Of a stretch of DNA of 64,000 nt, positions 32,632-43,375 are shown piece by piece. The position numbers and the translations under genes were made by a program. Under the pieces are notes generated by a model. That model was not told where the DNA came from and did no database searches. It worked only from the letters and a program-made list of their open reading frames with translations. The stretch comes from an uncultured Chroococcidiopsis sp. (lineage in GTDB: Bacteria > Cyanobacteriota > Cyanobacteriia > Cyanobacteriales > Chroococcidiopsidaceae). How positions within the stretch are numbered: position 1 is the stretch's first letter; every line of letters begins with the position of its first letter. The DNA lies in assembly GCA_964248365.1 (NCBI GenBank), contig CAXTYC010000011.1, forward strand, positions 69,322 to 133,321. Direction: 5' to 3'.

Positions 32632-33105
32632 ATGAGTTGGCGGGGGTCTACATCAGTAAAAGACAGAATTTTTGCTTGCCTACCTTATCTACTACCTTTA
32701 GTTGAGGGATTAGCTTTTGGTAGGTTCTTATTTTTACAATTTCCAGCTTTACAAGTACTTTTTGTGCCACTTGCGCCAGTCTTAGCACTTTACAGCATAC
32801 CTTTTGCTGGACTGATTATCTTCTTTGCCTTGTTTTTATTGGTAGTTAGAAACGAAAGTATTAGCCACTTCATTCGTTTCAACACCATGCAAGCAATTCT
32901 CATAGACATTGTTCTATTTCTGTGTAACTTAATTTTGCTAATTTTGTCACCTATTCCTGGTGCTGGTTTTGCCTTGCAAACGTTAGCTAACACTATTTTT
33001 CTGGGTGTATTAGCAGCAGTTATTTATTCGGTTGTCCAGTCTCTGCGAGGTCGCTATGCCGAGATTCCAGCCCTTTCGGACGCAGTTTATATGCAAGTTC
33101 GTTAA
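32632..33105 (+). CDS. Tic20/Ycf60 family membrane protein
   Basis: DRIFACLPYLLP, VVRN..ISHFIRFNTMQAILIDI, G.YAEIP.LSDAV. Confidence 0.9.
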   Translation: MSWRGSTSVKDRIFACLPYLLPLVEGLAFGRFLFLQFPALQVLFVPLAPVLALYSIPFAGLIIFFALFLLVVRNESISHFIRFNTMQAILIDIVLFLCNLILLILSPIPGAGFALQTLANTIFLGVLAAVIYSVVQSLRGRYAEIPALSDAVYMQVR

Positions 33106-33120
33106 CATTATTAACTTTAA

Positions 33121-33909
33121 TTAACTTGCTTTAGCTAGTCTAACTCCAACGGTGTTTTCTAGGCGACCAATGCCTTCAATTTCCACGCGGACGCGATCGC
33201 CCCTATGCAATTGTCCAACACCTTGAGGCGTTCCAGTTAACACTACATCTCCAGGGATCAATGTCATCACCTGACTGATATAAGATACAAGATGGGTTGG
33301 TGAGAACACCATTTGATCGATCAGGGCAGATTGCACAGGCTGCGGATCGTTATTTAAAAATGTCTGTAGCTGTGCAGCTGGATTTACTTCTCGGACAATC
33401 CAAGGTCCTAAGGGGCAGAATGTATCAAAACCCTTAGCGCGTGTCCATTGACCATCCCGCCGCTGTAAATCCCGCGCTGTCACATCATTAGCAATGGTGT
33501 AGCCCCAAATTTTGGTTTGGGCTTGTTCGGGCGTACAGCCATCAGCGCGATCGCCAATTACCAATGCTAACTCACCCTCGTATTCTACCTGCTGCGACTG
33601 GGAAGGATACATAATCTCCACATTGGTAGCAATTACAGATGATGGCGGTTTGAGAAATATTAGCGGCTCTTGAGGTAGTGGTGTTCCCATTTCAGCAGCA
33701 TGAGCGGCATAATTTTTTCCTACTGCCACAATTTTAGAGGGAGCGCAGGGGGCAAGAATTTGATAACTGTCGGGTGGTAAAACTGATTGTGTGAGTTGCC
33801 CTTGTAACCAAGGGGGAGCATCGAATACCTGAACTTCCCCGCTAAGTTGCAGTATTCCGTAGTGAGTTCGTCCCTCTTGAGTTTGAACTCTGATGTAGCG
33901 TTGCGCCAT
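33121..33909 (-). CDS. Fumarylacetoacetate hydrolase family protein
   Basis: KIVAVGKNYAAHA, FLKP, YEGELA, NDVTARDLQ, KGFDTFCPLGP, PGDVVLTGTP. Confidence 0.92.
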   Translation of the reverse strand: MAQRYIRVQTQEGRTHYGILQLSGEVQVFDAPPWLQGQLTQSVLPPDSYQILAPCAPSKIVAVGKNYAAHAAEMGTPLPQEPLIFLKPPSSVIATNVEIMYPSQSQQVEYEGELALVIGDRADGCTPEQAQTKIWGYTIANDVTARDLQRRDGQWTRAKGFDTFCPLGPWIVREVNPAAQLQTFLNNDPQPVQSALIDQMVFSPTHLVSYISQVMTLIPGDVVLTGTPQGVGQLHRGDRVRVEIEGIGRLENTVGVRLAKAS

Positions 33910-34117
33910 AAAGTTCTACTAGATACCTGATTGTTTACTGTACCTGCTGCGTGTCAATTTTTGTCTTAATACTTTTACAAACCTTTGAGAGGGGTGAAGG
34001 GTGAGGGAAGTATGAAGGATGAAGAATGAAGGATAAAGTATGAAAGTTTTCAGCCTTTAACCTTTAACCTTTAACCTTTTCCCCTAGCCCCTAGTCCCTA
34101 GTCCCTAGTCCCTTACT

Positions 34118-35974
34118 TTGATGTTGATTGATTTTAGGAATACTAATACTGTTTGTGCTTCGATCTTGGCTCAAACGTGGCAACGGTTAGGACTGACCAC
34201 AGCCGTCATTTGTCCAGGATCACGTTCTACGCCACTGGCTTTAGCCTTTGCTGCTGCAAAAGGTATAGAAGCTATTCCCGTTTTAGATGAGCGCTCTGCT
34301 TCATTTTTTGCTTTGGGTATCGCCCGACAATCAAAACGCCCTGTAGTACTAGTTGCTACCTCTGGGACAGCAGGGGCTAATTTCTACCCAGCTGTAATCG
34401 AGGCACAGGAAAGTAGAGTACCGCTATTAGTTTTAACAGCTGACCGCCCCCCAGAACTACGAAATTGTCATTCTGGGCAGACAATTGATCAGTTGAAATT
34501 ATTTGGTACATACCCCAATTGGCAAGCGGAATTAGCGCTACCCGCTTTATCCATAGCTACACTGAGATACTTGCGGCAAACAGCTATTCATGCTTGGGAG
34601 CGATCGCTTTATCCTGTAGCTGGTTCAGTTCATCTCAATCTTCCCTTTCGCGATCCCCTCGCCCCACTTCCAGATGGAACTGCTGCTGAGTCTTTAGCTA
34701 ACTCTTTTGATTGGGAAGATTTCTTCAGTGGAATAGAAAACATCTTTCCTCTTACACCTGTACGGGCGAGTTTATCAGATATACCTGTTAATAAACAGAT
34801 ATTACAGTCAAACCCGCCCCTACTATCCCATGATTTTCAAGCCCAGTGGCTACAATGTGAACGCGGGATAATTATTGCTGGTGTTGCTCAACCATACTCG
34901 CCACGAGAATATTGTCATGCGATCGCAACTCTTGCCAAAACTTTGAAATTCCCCGTACTGGCTGAAGCACTTTCCCCAGTTAGAAATTATGCCTTCCTCA
35001 ATCCCTATATAATTTCTACCTATGACTCGATCCTACGTAATCAACAGCTAGCAAACCAATTAAAGCCTGAAGTTGTGATTCAGGTGGGAGAACTGCCTAC
35101 CAGTAAAGAACTACGTAGCTGGCTCGATTTTACACAAGCAAAGCGATGGGTGATTGATCCTTGCGACGACAACCTAGATCCGCTGCATGGGAAAACAACT
35201 CACCTGCGGATGACTATAGAACAATTAGCGAAAGGAAGTGAGGAGGAGAGTGGGAGAGGGGGAGAGGGGGAGAGGGGGAGAAATTTTAATCTAAAATCTA
35301 AAATCCAAAATTACTCTTATCTTGAGTTGTGGTGTGCAGCGGAAGCCAAAGTAAGGAAAGCTGTTGATTTTGCGATCGCAAATATGAATCAATTGTTTGA
35401 AGGTAAAGCCGCCTGGTTACTTTCCCAAACATTGCCCTACCAAACTCCATTGTTTATTGCCAATAGTATGCCTGTACGGGATGTAGAGTTTTTCTGGACA
35501 CCGAGTAATTCTGCCATCCAACCATTTTTCAATCGAGGTGCAAATGGAATTGATGGAACTCTTTCGACAGCTTTAGGTATAGCCCATCGAAATCAAAGCA
35601 GTGTAATGTTAACAGGCGATTTAGCTTTATTACACGATACTAATGGCTTTTTAATCAATAATAAATTTGCAGGTCATCTTACAATAGTTTTAATTAATAA
35701 CAATGGTGGGGGTATTTTTGAGAACTTGCCAATTTCTAAATTTGAGCCACCTTTTGAAGAGTTTTTTGCTACACCACAAAATGTTAATTTTGCTCAACTT
35801 TGTCAAACTTACGGTGTGGAACATGAGTTAATTACATCTTGGGAACAGATGCAGCAGAGATTAAATCCCCTGCCCACAAAGGGTATTCGAGTTTTGGAAG
35901 TACGAACGAATAGAAAGCTAGATGCTCGGTGGCGGCAGGAAAATTTGGGTAAGTTTTCGAGTGCGATCGCCTAG
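34118..35974 (+). CDS. menD: SEPHCHC synthase
   Basis: CPGSRSTPL, DERSASFFALG, TSGTA, TADRP, NSMPVRD, NRGANGIDG, NNNGGGIF; carries two repeat-derived in-frame inserts. Confidence 0.95.
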   Translation: MMLIDFRNTNTVCASILAQTWQRLGLTTAVICPGSRSTPLALAFAAAKGIEAIPVLDERSASFFALGIARQSKRPVVLVATSGTAGANFYPAVIEAQESRVPLLVLTADRPPELRNCHSGQTIDQLKLFGTYPNWQAELALPALSIATLRYLRQTAIHAWERSLYPVAGSVHLNLPFRDPLAPLPDGTAAESLANSFDWEDFFSGIENIFPLTPVRASLSDIPVNKQILQSNPPLLSHDFQAQWLQCERGIIIAGVAQPYSPREYCHAIATLAKTLKFPVLAEALSPVRNYAFLNPYIISTYDSILRNQQLANQLKPEVVIQVGELPTSKELRSWLDFTQAKRWVIDPCDDNLDPLHGKTTHLRMTIEQLAKGSEEESGRGGEGERGRNFNLKSKIQNYSYLELWCAAEAKVRKAVDFAIANMNQLFEGKAAWLLSQTLPYQTPLFIANSMPVRDVEFFWTPSNSAIQPFFNRGANGIDGTLSTALGIAHRNQSSVMLTGDLALLHDTNGFLINNKFAGHLTIVLINNNGGGIFENLPISKFEPPFEEFFATPQNVNFAQLCQTYGVEHELITSWEQMQQRLNPLPTKGIRVLEVRTNRKLDARWRQENLGKFSSAIA

Positions 35975-36122
35975 CTGTTAGCTGGCGCGCTGTTAGTTGT
36001 TCCTCTTTGTTTCTAGCTTTCCCTGATCTTTTGATACTCATTAGTTAATCAGTTGCTAATAGCTAATAGCTAATCGCTAATAGCTAATCGCTATTAGCTA
36101 ATTGTTCATTGATTTTGCCATT

Positions 36123-36638
36123 ATGGGAAAAAAAATCGTTGCCACCATAACAGCATCAGTACTAATAGCAACTGCTGCACCAATCAACGCTCAAACAGAC
36201 AAAGGTTCAAGATATTATTTCAGTGACTTTTTTAAAGATAATCCGTCTGACTGTAAAATTTTCTATCCTGTACCAATTGGTGAAGTGCCAGGTCATAGAG
36301 TGCCTGATGATGTTTGTATACCGCCACCTATCACTATTATTCCTGAGTATGGTAGAGACTATGCAAGTTTGATGGGTAGAGGTATTCGATCTGGGATTAG
36401 AGGTGACTATAATACTGCTCTAATCAACTTCCGACGCGCTCAATCAATAGAGATTTCTAAAAACTATCTCGGCTACACAAATCGTGAAGCACTTAGAGGT
36501 ATAAATGGGGCAATGGATGGGAAGAGATATCAACAAAATCCTCACCCTAATAAAAGACTAACCCCGCAATTTTTCTGGTATTACTGGACTGGTACTGGTA
36601 AGCGTGGTAATTGGGGAAGAAATTTTAATAAATACTGA
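36123..36638 (+). CDS. Hypothetical secreted protein
   Basis: MGKKIVATITASVLIATAAPINA signal-like N-terminus; GDYNTALINFRRA resembles a single TPR-like helix pair. Confidence 0.6.
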   Translation: MGKKIVATITASVLIATAAPINAQTDKGSRYYFSDFFKDNPSDCKIFYPVPIGEVPGHRVPDDVCIPPPITIIPEYGRDYASLMGRGIRSGIRGDYNTALINFRRAQSIEISKNYLGYTNREALRGINGAMDGKRYQQNPHPNKRLTPQFFWYYWTGTGKRGNWGRNFNKY

Positions 36639-36689
36639 TATCTATTATCAATTATCAATGAACAATTGATAATTGATAGATGTATCTGT

Positions 36690-38843
36690 CTATTCGCTAA
36701 TCATTTCGTATTCTTGAATAAATTGGCTGATGGCAATTTTCTGATTTTCTGTTAATTTACTTTCTTGTGCAATCCTAACACGATCAATAATTTGAGCAGG
36801 GTCAAGGAAAGTCTCAAGCTGCTTAATATCAAGCTTGTAGTGTTCGGTTAAAACCGCATCAGATGCAGAATAACTAAATGTCTTTTGGAGGAACTTCTCT
36901 AAGAAAATAATTAGCCCTTCATCATTGCTAGTAACTTCCGCAACGTACTGTTTGACTTCATTATCGCCCTTCCAATCTCGCCAACAATACAGAATAATCG
37001 GTAGCTTTGGCGCTTGCAGTAGAGAGCCTTGCCCTGCAGATGCCTGCACTTTCTCTAAGGCGAGTTCCTCTAGCTGCTTAAGGTGTTGTGAACCGATCAG
37101 GCATTCCGGCAGGAGGCTAGATTGATCTGCTCCATACTTACCTTGTTGCTGACCAAAGGTGACTAATGCCTGCATAATTGTGGAGAGGGCGTTACCGCTG
37201 GAAATCGCCTGTTTCAACACCTCAAACCGTAATCGCTCATCCCCGCAACGTAAAAGCTGCCAAATAATGCGGGAAATTATAACATCATTGCCAAAATCAA
37301 ATATAGTGCGCGGTTCGTCTGAGGGAAGCAAAAGCTGATCGCCCACATCAAACAAAGCTTGTACAATCGAGGAAATGTCATCTGGGGCAATCTCTGTTGC
37401 GGTGTAATCTTCAAGCCTTTCCAGAATTGCCCGAACTTGAGAAGTGCCGTCAGGAAGTTTTTGCTGGGCGATCGCTACCAAAGTTTGCCCAAATGCCTTA
37501 GCATCTTTCGTCAAGGCAAGAATAGCTTTCATCTGTGTATTAGACAATTCCTCTTCTGGTAACGCTAGACGAAAATAGATGGAAAATACTTCTGGGCTGC
37601 ATATACGCAGTTGTTTGCGCCAAGTTGACTCATCTTGTACGCCATAGTCGCTATTACCCCAAACTGCTTGTAACTTAGGGAAAAGCTGCATTAGCAAGCG
37701 TTTGACTGGCTGTTTATCTTGCTCTGGAAGTTGAGCTATCCATGAATTATGAATCCGCTTGAGTTCGTCCAGTGTATAACCTAGATAACCTTTGTCATCT
37801 GCCAAAGGAGTGAAAGCCTGATAATTTTTGCGGATGATGTTATATATTGTTGGGCAAAAGACTCTTAGCGACTCAAGGGCAATAAAATCGACTGTGTTGA
37901 CTTCCCCTTTGACTGCGGGGTATGTCACACTCAAGTTGTTAGTCAGGTGAACAATGTCACGCGCATTGGTAATAAAGTGGTCTATGCCTTGATAGTAGAG
38001 GTTACGCCAGCGTGTGCGATCAAATAGCTGGTGTGGAGTATCAGCAAGTACGGCACTAAGCTTTGCAAACAGAAGTTTACGCAGTAAGGTTTGATCTGGA
38101 ATTGGTAGCTCAAACTGAACTTGAACAATCTTCTCTAGGTATGCTTCTCCATCTATTCCCTGAGTGTCTGCCAGTGCTTTAACCACAACTGAGCGATCGC
38201 ACACTAAAAGATATACAACATCAGTAAAATTGGGAATTGATGTGATAGTGCGAAACAGTTGCCCGATTTCCTGACTAGTCAGCTTGTCAATATCATCAAT
38301 AGTGACAACTATGCGCGGATGCTGATGAAGCAGTTTGTCTTCAACTTCTTCTTTTAAGTCGGAAGTCTCCTTTTGCTGGTTGTCAAATACTGTTGCTACT
38401 GCTTCGCCAGTTTGAGTGTAAGGCAGAGGAATTTTAGAAACAACCTTAGCAAAATCTGCTACTCGATCTCTCAAGCCTTTTGGCACAGATTTCCATTCGC
38501 TCAAAACAGACTCTAATTGATCGAAGAAGCGCCTTGCGATGTCTTCGTGTCCAGCAAACAACCAGGGATTAAAGGGAACGATGATTGGTTGCTCAGATTC
38601 TTGCTTTTGCTTCAGGTAGTGAACTATAAAGTTCAACATTGTTGACTTGCCCGAACCCCAAGCACCGTAAATTGCAATCACGAACCCACCTGGAAATTTC
38701 ATTTGGCAAATACTGTCTGCAAGATGCTGGGCAAAGGGCGCATATCCTAATATATCTGTTGTCGGCTCGGTTAAAGGTTTGTATGCCGATAGGTGATTAA
38801 GGTTCTCAGATACTGCCGTCGAATTATTCTCCTTTGCCGCCAT
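36690..38843 (-). CDS. KAP-family P-loop NTPase
   Basis: D.LG...FA, IAIYGAWGSGKS Walker A, FNPW, IVVTIDDIDKL Walker B, YLEKIVQV.F.LP. Confidence 0.9.
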   Translation of the reverse strand: MAAKENNSTAVSENLNHLSAYKPLTEPTTDILGYAPFAQHLADSICQMKFPGGFVIAIYGAWGSGKSTMLNFIVHYLKQKQESEQPIIVPFNPWLFAGHEDIARRFFDQLESVLSEWKSVPKGLRDRVADFAKVVSKIPLPYTQTGEAVATVFDNQQKETSDLKEEVEDKLLHQHPRIVVTIDDIDKLTSQEIGQLFRTITSIPNFTDVVYLLVCDRSVVVKALADTQGIDGEAYLEKIVQVQFELPIPDQTLLRKLLFAKLSAVLADTPHQLFDRTRWRNLYYQGIDHFITNARDIVHLTNNLSVTYPAVKGEVNTVDFIALESLRVFCPTIYNIIRKNYQAFTPLADDKGYLGYTLDELKRIHNSWIAQLPEQDKQPVKRLLMQLFPKLQAVWGNSDYGVQDESTWRKQLRICSPEVFSIYFRLALPEEELSNTQMKAILALTKDAKAFGQTLVAIAQQKLPDGTSQVRAILERLEDYTATEIAPDDISSIVQALFDVGDQLLLPSDEPRTIFDFGNDVIISRIIWQLLRCGDERLRFEVLKQAISSGNALSTIMQALVTFGQQQGKYGADQSSLLPECLIGSQHLKQLEELALEKVQASAGQGSLLQAPKLPIILYCWRDWKGDNEVKQYVAEVTSNDEGLIIFLEKFLQKTFSYSASDAVLTEHYKLDIKQLETFLDPAQIIDRVRIAQESKLTENQKIAISQFIQEYEMISE

Positions 38844-38966
38844 CGATCTCTCCTGACTGATATTGCCATTGTGCGATCGCGCGATCGCCTTCTTTTGAGA
38901 TCCTAGCTAGTCGTTGGAATTGTGTGCGTTAAGTTAAAATTTTCAAGCTGAAGTAGCCCACTCGTT

Positions 38967-39800
38967 ATGCAAATTAACTGGCAAACTGCCAAAACCTACG
39001 AAGACATCCTTTACCACAAAACCGACGGCATTGCCAAAATCACTATCAACCGTCCCCATAAACGCAACGCCTTCCGTCCCAAAACAGTCTTTGAACTGTA
39101 CGATGCTTTCTGTGATGCCAGGGAAGACACTAACATCGGCGTTGTCCTTTTCACTGGTGCAGGGCCTCACACCGATGGTAAATATGCCTTTTGTGCTGGA
39201 GGCGATCAAAGTGTGCGCGGCAAAGCTGGATATGTTGATGATGACGGCGTTCCCCGCTTAAACGTGCTGGATTTGCAACGCCTGATTCGTTCCATGCCCA
39301 AAGTTGTAATTGCTCTAGTAGCTGGATATGCGATCGGTGGGGGACACGTCCTACACCTAGTTTGTGACCTGACGATCGCAGCTGATAATGCTATCTTTGG
39401 TCAAACTGGTCCCAAAGTTGGGAGCTTTGACGGCGGCTTTGGTGCTAGTTATCTTGCTCGAATTGTCGGTCAGAAAAAGGCGCGGGAAATCTGGTTTCTC
39501 TGTCGTCAATACGATGCGACACAGGCGCTAGAAATGGGTTTAGTTAATTGCGTTGTCACCGTCGAACAACTAGAACAAGAAGGTATAGAGTGGGCAAGTG
39601 AAATTTTACAAAAAAGTCCACTTGCTATTCGATGTCTAAAAGCTGCTTTCAACGCTGATTGTGACGGTCAAGCTGGTTTACAAGAACTAGCAGGAAATGC
39701 CACTCTACTTTACTACATGACTGAAGAAGGTGCTGAAGGTAAACAAGCATTTCTGGAAAAGCGTCAACCAGATTTTCGCCAATACCCTTGGCTACCGTAG
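38967..39800 (+). CDS. menB: 1,4-dihydroxy-2-naphthoyl-CoA synthase
   Basis: [51 protein letters not shown]. Confidence 0.97.
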   Translation: MQINWQTAKTYEDILYHKTDGIAKITINRPHKRNAFRPKTVFELYDAFCDAREDTNIGVVLFTGAGPHTDGKYAFCAGGDQSVRGKAGYVDDDGVPRLNVLDLQRLIRSMPKVVIALVAGYAIGGGHVLHLVCDLTIAADNAIFGQTGPKVGSFDGGFGASYLARIVGQKKAREIWFLCRQYDATQALEMGLVNCVVTVEQLEQEGIEWASEILQKSPLAIRCLKAAFNADCDGQAGLQELAGNATLLYYMTEEGAEGKQAFLEKRQPDFRQYPWLP

Positions 39801-40009
39801 ACTCGTTGTGAAATTATAGATGTCTCGTAAGGGGAGCTTCGGGTGCAGGGGGGAGTTAAATCAAAAGTCGCACCGTTTGCGTATAATAGTGCGACTTTGG
39901 GTTGTGAATAATGTGAAGTTATTTAAATAACTTTTCCATCTGCTCGGAACGAGTTCTGAAGTCTGTAACGATTAACAAGATATCAGACTAAGTTCACCAA
40001 GCTGTAGAA

Positions 40010-40333
40010 CTAAGCCACTAATGGCTCTGCTTTTCTGGGTTCCAAGGTATAACCAACTACTGTTTGCTCAGACGATTCTATTTTAGAAATATCTAGGGCA
40101 GAAGCTACCGAAGAAGATGCCAACACGGTCGGCGAACCCGACAAAAACATCATTTCTTCTAGACCTTCTATACCTTCCCAAGCAGAAGCAAAGGCTGGGA
40201 TCGCCAATTGACAGGCTTTCCAATTACCTTGAACTGGCGCTCCAAGTGTCTGGCAGCATCCACCGCGTCTTCCCTCTGGCTGGTAATACCGACAATAACG
40301 GCAAGCAGAAGTTGGAAGGTTTAAGCTTTTCAT
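40010..40333 (-). CDS. Hypothetical protein with Cys-rich N-terminus
   Basis: SACRYCRYY.PEGRRGG.CQ.LG.PV...WKAC.LA.P.F; plausible small metal-binding protein. Confidence 0.7.
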   Translation of the reverse strand: MKSLNLPTSACRYCRYYQPEGRRGGCCQTLGAPVQGNWKACQLAIPAFASAWEGIEGLEEMMFLSGSPTVLASSSVASALDISKIESSEQTVVGYTLEPRKAEPLVA

Positions 40334-40807
40334 AGAAGTGCTATTTCGGGATCGCTCTACAGCTTTTATTCTGCCTCAACGGATAAATGTGGCTAATAGC
40401 TGCAAGTGATGACGTAGTATGGCTTTTAGCGATCCCAAAGCATAAATTAATTTTATATTTTATTTATACTCTTGTTATAAATTGCAATTTTTGCGTAATT
40501 GGCTTGGAACAAAACTAGCTGGGGATCAATCTAAATATGGAATATTCCTGTAGAAACCATATTGACTTAAACAAATAATAATGTTTACTCAGGATAGGCA
40601 AATCTTTAGATGAGCGAAAACAGTAATTATACTGAAAAAATCTCTTTTTATCTAAACAAGGATGTATTTGTAGATAGCAAATAAACTTTTTACCAGTTAC
40701 TCAATACCTGTTACCAAGCATCGATTGAGTTCTGTATCTTCTTTAATTCCTACAAATAATCTTCGATTTGGGATAACAGCAATAACTGGTAACTGAACGT
40801 AACTGGG

Positions 40808-41362
40808 TTACCATTCTTTGGCGGCACAGATTGAACAGATTGCCCAGCGTTGGAGTTCTCCTTGTGGTGTAGGGCAGTGGCATTGGGGACACAGTGGTAA
40901 ATGATGCGATCGCGCTTGCATCGCCCTAGCCCAATCCCCAAAAACATCATTTGGGTTCTGAGAATTATATTTCTCACTGCTATGGGAATTCGGAACATTT
41001 ACAACCCAACTCGGATGATTACGCCCTAAGCCTATGGTAGCCCCACTACCATGATCTGACGATCTGTTGTGACGATGCCACCCTGCCGTAGAAAAGCGAA
41101 TATCTTGCATTGGACTGGATAAGTGCGCGTTCAACTTTTCTAAAATGCGCTGCCTTCCAAAGGAAAGTTCCTGCGCCCAAACAGCGCTAGAAGTCGCTAC
41201 CCACAAAACTTGTCTTTGAATTGACACCGGACGAGTATGAGTTGCAACGGTTGCGCCTACAACTTCAGACCAATACTTTAATACAAGTTGAAATGGCTGC
41301 TCTTGCCATCGGCTTTGCTCTTGTATGCAATTCAAAATGTGTTCGAGGGATTTGAAAGACAT
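40808..41362 (-). CDS. DUF721 (DciA-like) protein with C-terminal zinc finger
   Basis: W.EVVG..VA.HTRP, L.VATSSAVWAQEL, DIRF; CPQC...CSIC. Confidence 0.85.
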   Translation of the reverse strand: MSFKSLEHILNCIQEQSRWQEQPFQLVLKYWSEVVGATVATHTRPVSIQRQVLWVATSSAVWAQELSFGRQRILEKLNAHLSSPMQDIRFSTAGWHRHNRSSDHGSGATIGLGRNHPSWVVNVPNSHSSEKYNSQNPNDVFGDWARAMQARSHHLPLCPQCHCPTPQGELQRWAICSICAAKEW

Positions 41363-41533
41363 AGTAGGGGCGAGGGGACAGTTACCAGTTACCAGTTACC
41401 AATTACCACCATAAGAGTTAGATCCCTTAGGGAAAAAGGTGCGATACGATAATTTTAGTACGGGCTTAAGTTGTGTTGCCGATGCAAGTCAAATCGCCCG
41501 ATTCGGGTTGGGGAAATCAAATGGAGAGCCGTC

Positions 41534-42238
41534 ATGGGACTAATTGACCGCATCCTGCGAGTGATTCGCGCTAATCTCAACGCTTTAATTGGACAAGCGG
41601 AAGATCCAGAGAAAATTCTGGAACAAACAGTCATGAATATGCAGGAGGATTTAGTGCAATTGCGGCAAGCTGTGGCGCAGGCGATCGCTACCCAAAAACG
41701 CACCGAAAGGCAGGCGGCGCAAGCTCAGTCCAATGCCCAGGAGTGGTATCGTCGCGCCCAACTCGCCCTGCAACAAGGTAACGAAGTATTGGCACGGGAA
41801 GCACTCACTCGGCGTTCATCCTATCTTGAAACTGACAGGGCATTGACTAATCAAATAGAGCAGCAAAATACTGTGGTAGGAAGACTGAAAAAGGATATGC
41901 AGACCTTGGAAAGCAAAATATCCGAAGTAAGAACCAAGAAAGATATGTATATTGCTAGGGCGCGTTCTGCTGGGGCAACTCAAAGGCTAAATGAAATGCT
42001 CAGTGGAGTTAATACTAACAGTTCCTTAAATGCTTTTGAGCAGATGGAAGAAAAGGTTTTACAACTAGAAGCACACAATGAGGCGATAACTTCGTTAAGC
42101 TTCGCTAACGCACAACTAGGAACCGACGATCTACAAAAGCAATTCACTGCCTTGGAAGCTAGCAATGATATTGATGCCGAACTAGCGGCAATGAAAGCAA
42201 AACTTCCTCCAGGTAAAGAATCCCCAAATAATTCGTAA
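41534..42238 (+). CDS. pspA: PspA/IM30 family protein (PspA paralogue)
   Basis: MGLIDRI.RVIRANLN...AEDPEKILEQ, FEQMEEKV, ELAAMK; contains a 21-nt in-frame HIP1-splitting insert at 42088-42108. Confidence 0.88.
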   Translation: MGLIDRILRVIRANLNALIGQAEDPEKILEQTVMNMQEDLVQLRQAVAQAIATQKRTERQAAQAQSNAQEWYRRAQLALQQGNEVLAREALTRRSSYLETDRALTNQIEQQNTVVGRLKKDMQTLESKISEVRTKKDMYIARARSAGATQRLNEMLSGVNTNSSLNAFEQMEEKVLQLEAHNEAITSLSFANAQLGTDDLQKQFTALEASNDIDAELAAMKAKLPPGKESPNNS

Positions 42239-42449
42239 TTCGTAATTCGTAATTTGTCATTAATGATTCTCCCCTCTGCTCCCCTGCCCCCCTGCCCCTG
42301 GAGCCTCTCTAATCCTGCCTTTGGGCTTATGTTAAGAATAGAGGCAGGGGCAAATTGATGAAAGCTCAAGAGCAAATGCAGTAGGGCATATTTTAGCCGG
42401 CAGGACAACAAAAACTTATCTTGTAGAACCCAAAAGGAAAAGCACAGTT

Positions 42450-43238
42450 ATGGGATTATTTGATCGCATTGGCAGAGTTGTCAAAGCCAACCTAAACGAT
42501 TTAGTTAGTAAGGCAGAAGATCCAGAGAAAATTTTAGAGCAGGCGATCTTGGAAATGCAGGAAGACCTGGTACAGTTGCGTCAAGGAGTTGCCCAAGCGA
42601 TCGCAGCTCAAAAACGCTCCGAGCAACAGTACAATCAAAACCAAAATGAGGCAAATAAGTGGCAACGTAATGCTCAACTAGCTTTGCAAAAAGGTGATGA
42701 AAATTTAGCTCGACAAGCGCTGGAGCGAAAAAAGACTTTTGCTGAAACTGCCAATACCCTCAAAGCAACTCTGGATCAGCAAGTAACACAAATTGATACA
42801 CTCAAGCGTAATCTAGTCGCCTTAGAAAGTAAAATTTCCGAGGCAAAGACTAAAAAGGATATGCTCAAGGCACGCAGTTCTGCTGCCAAGGCTCAAGAAC
42901 AACTGCAAAGCACAGTAGGACGCTTAGGAACCAGCAGTGCAATGGCAGCCTTTGAGCGGATGGAAGAAAAAGTTTTGATGCAAGAAGCGCGGGCGCAAGC
43001 AGCAGGCGAACTGGTTGGTTCTGATTTAGAAAGCCAATTTGCACAGCTAGAAGCTGGTAGCGATGTTGATGATGAATTAGCCGCCCTCAAAGCCCAAATG
43101 TCCCTTGGACCTGCAACCCCTCAAAACCAACCCTCTCTACCACAAGCTAGCAATCAATCAAGTGGCTCTAAGTCTAATTCTAATCAAGTAGTTGATGCGG
43201 AATTAGAACAGCTAAGAAAGCAGTTAGATCAACTGTAA
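42450..43238 (+). CDS. vipp1: Vipp1/IM30
   Basis: PspA core plus linker and the C-terminal helix VVDAELEQLRKQLDQL typical of Vipp1. Confidence 0.9.
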   Translation: MGLFDRIGRVVKANLNDLVSKAEDPEKILEQAILEMQEDLVQLRQGVAQAIAAQKRSEQQYNQNQNEANKWQRNAQLALQKGDENLARQALERKKTFAETANTLKATLDQQVTQIDTLKRNLVALESKISEAKTKKDMLKARSSAAKAQEQLQSTVGRLGTSSAMAAFERMEEKVLMQEARAQAAGELVGSDLESQFAQLEAGSDVDDELAALKAQMSLGPATPQNQPSLPQASNQSSGSKSNSNQVVDAELEQLRKQLDQL

Positions 43239-43375
43239 AGCGCATAGCTAATAGCTAATAGCTATTAGCTATTAGCTAGTAGTAAGACTCATTGACTAAT
43301 AAGTATTAAAGACACAAGGGAAGTTAGAAATCTCGCTACACAAATCAGCGCGCGTCTCTAACAGCTATTTTACAG

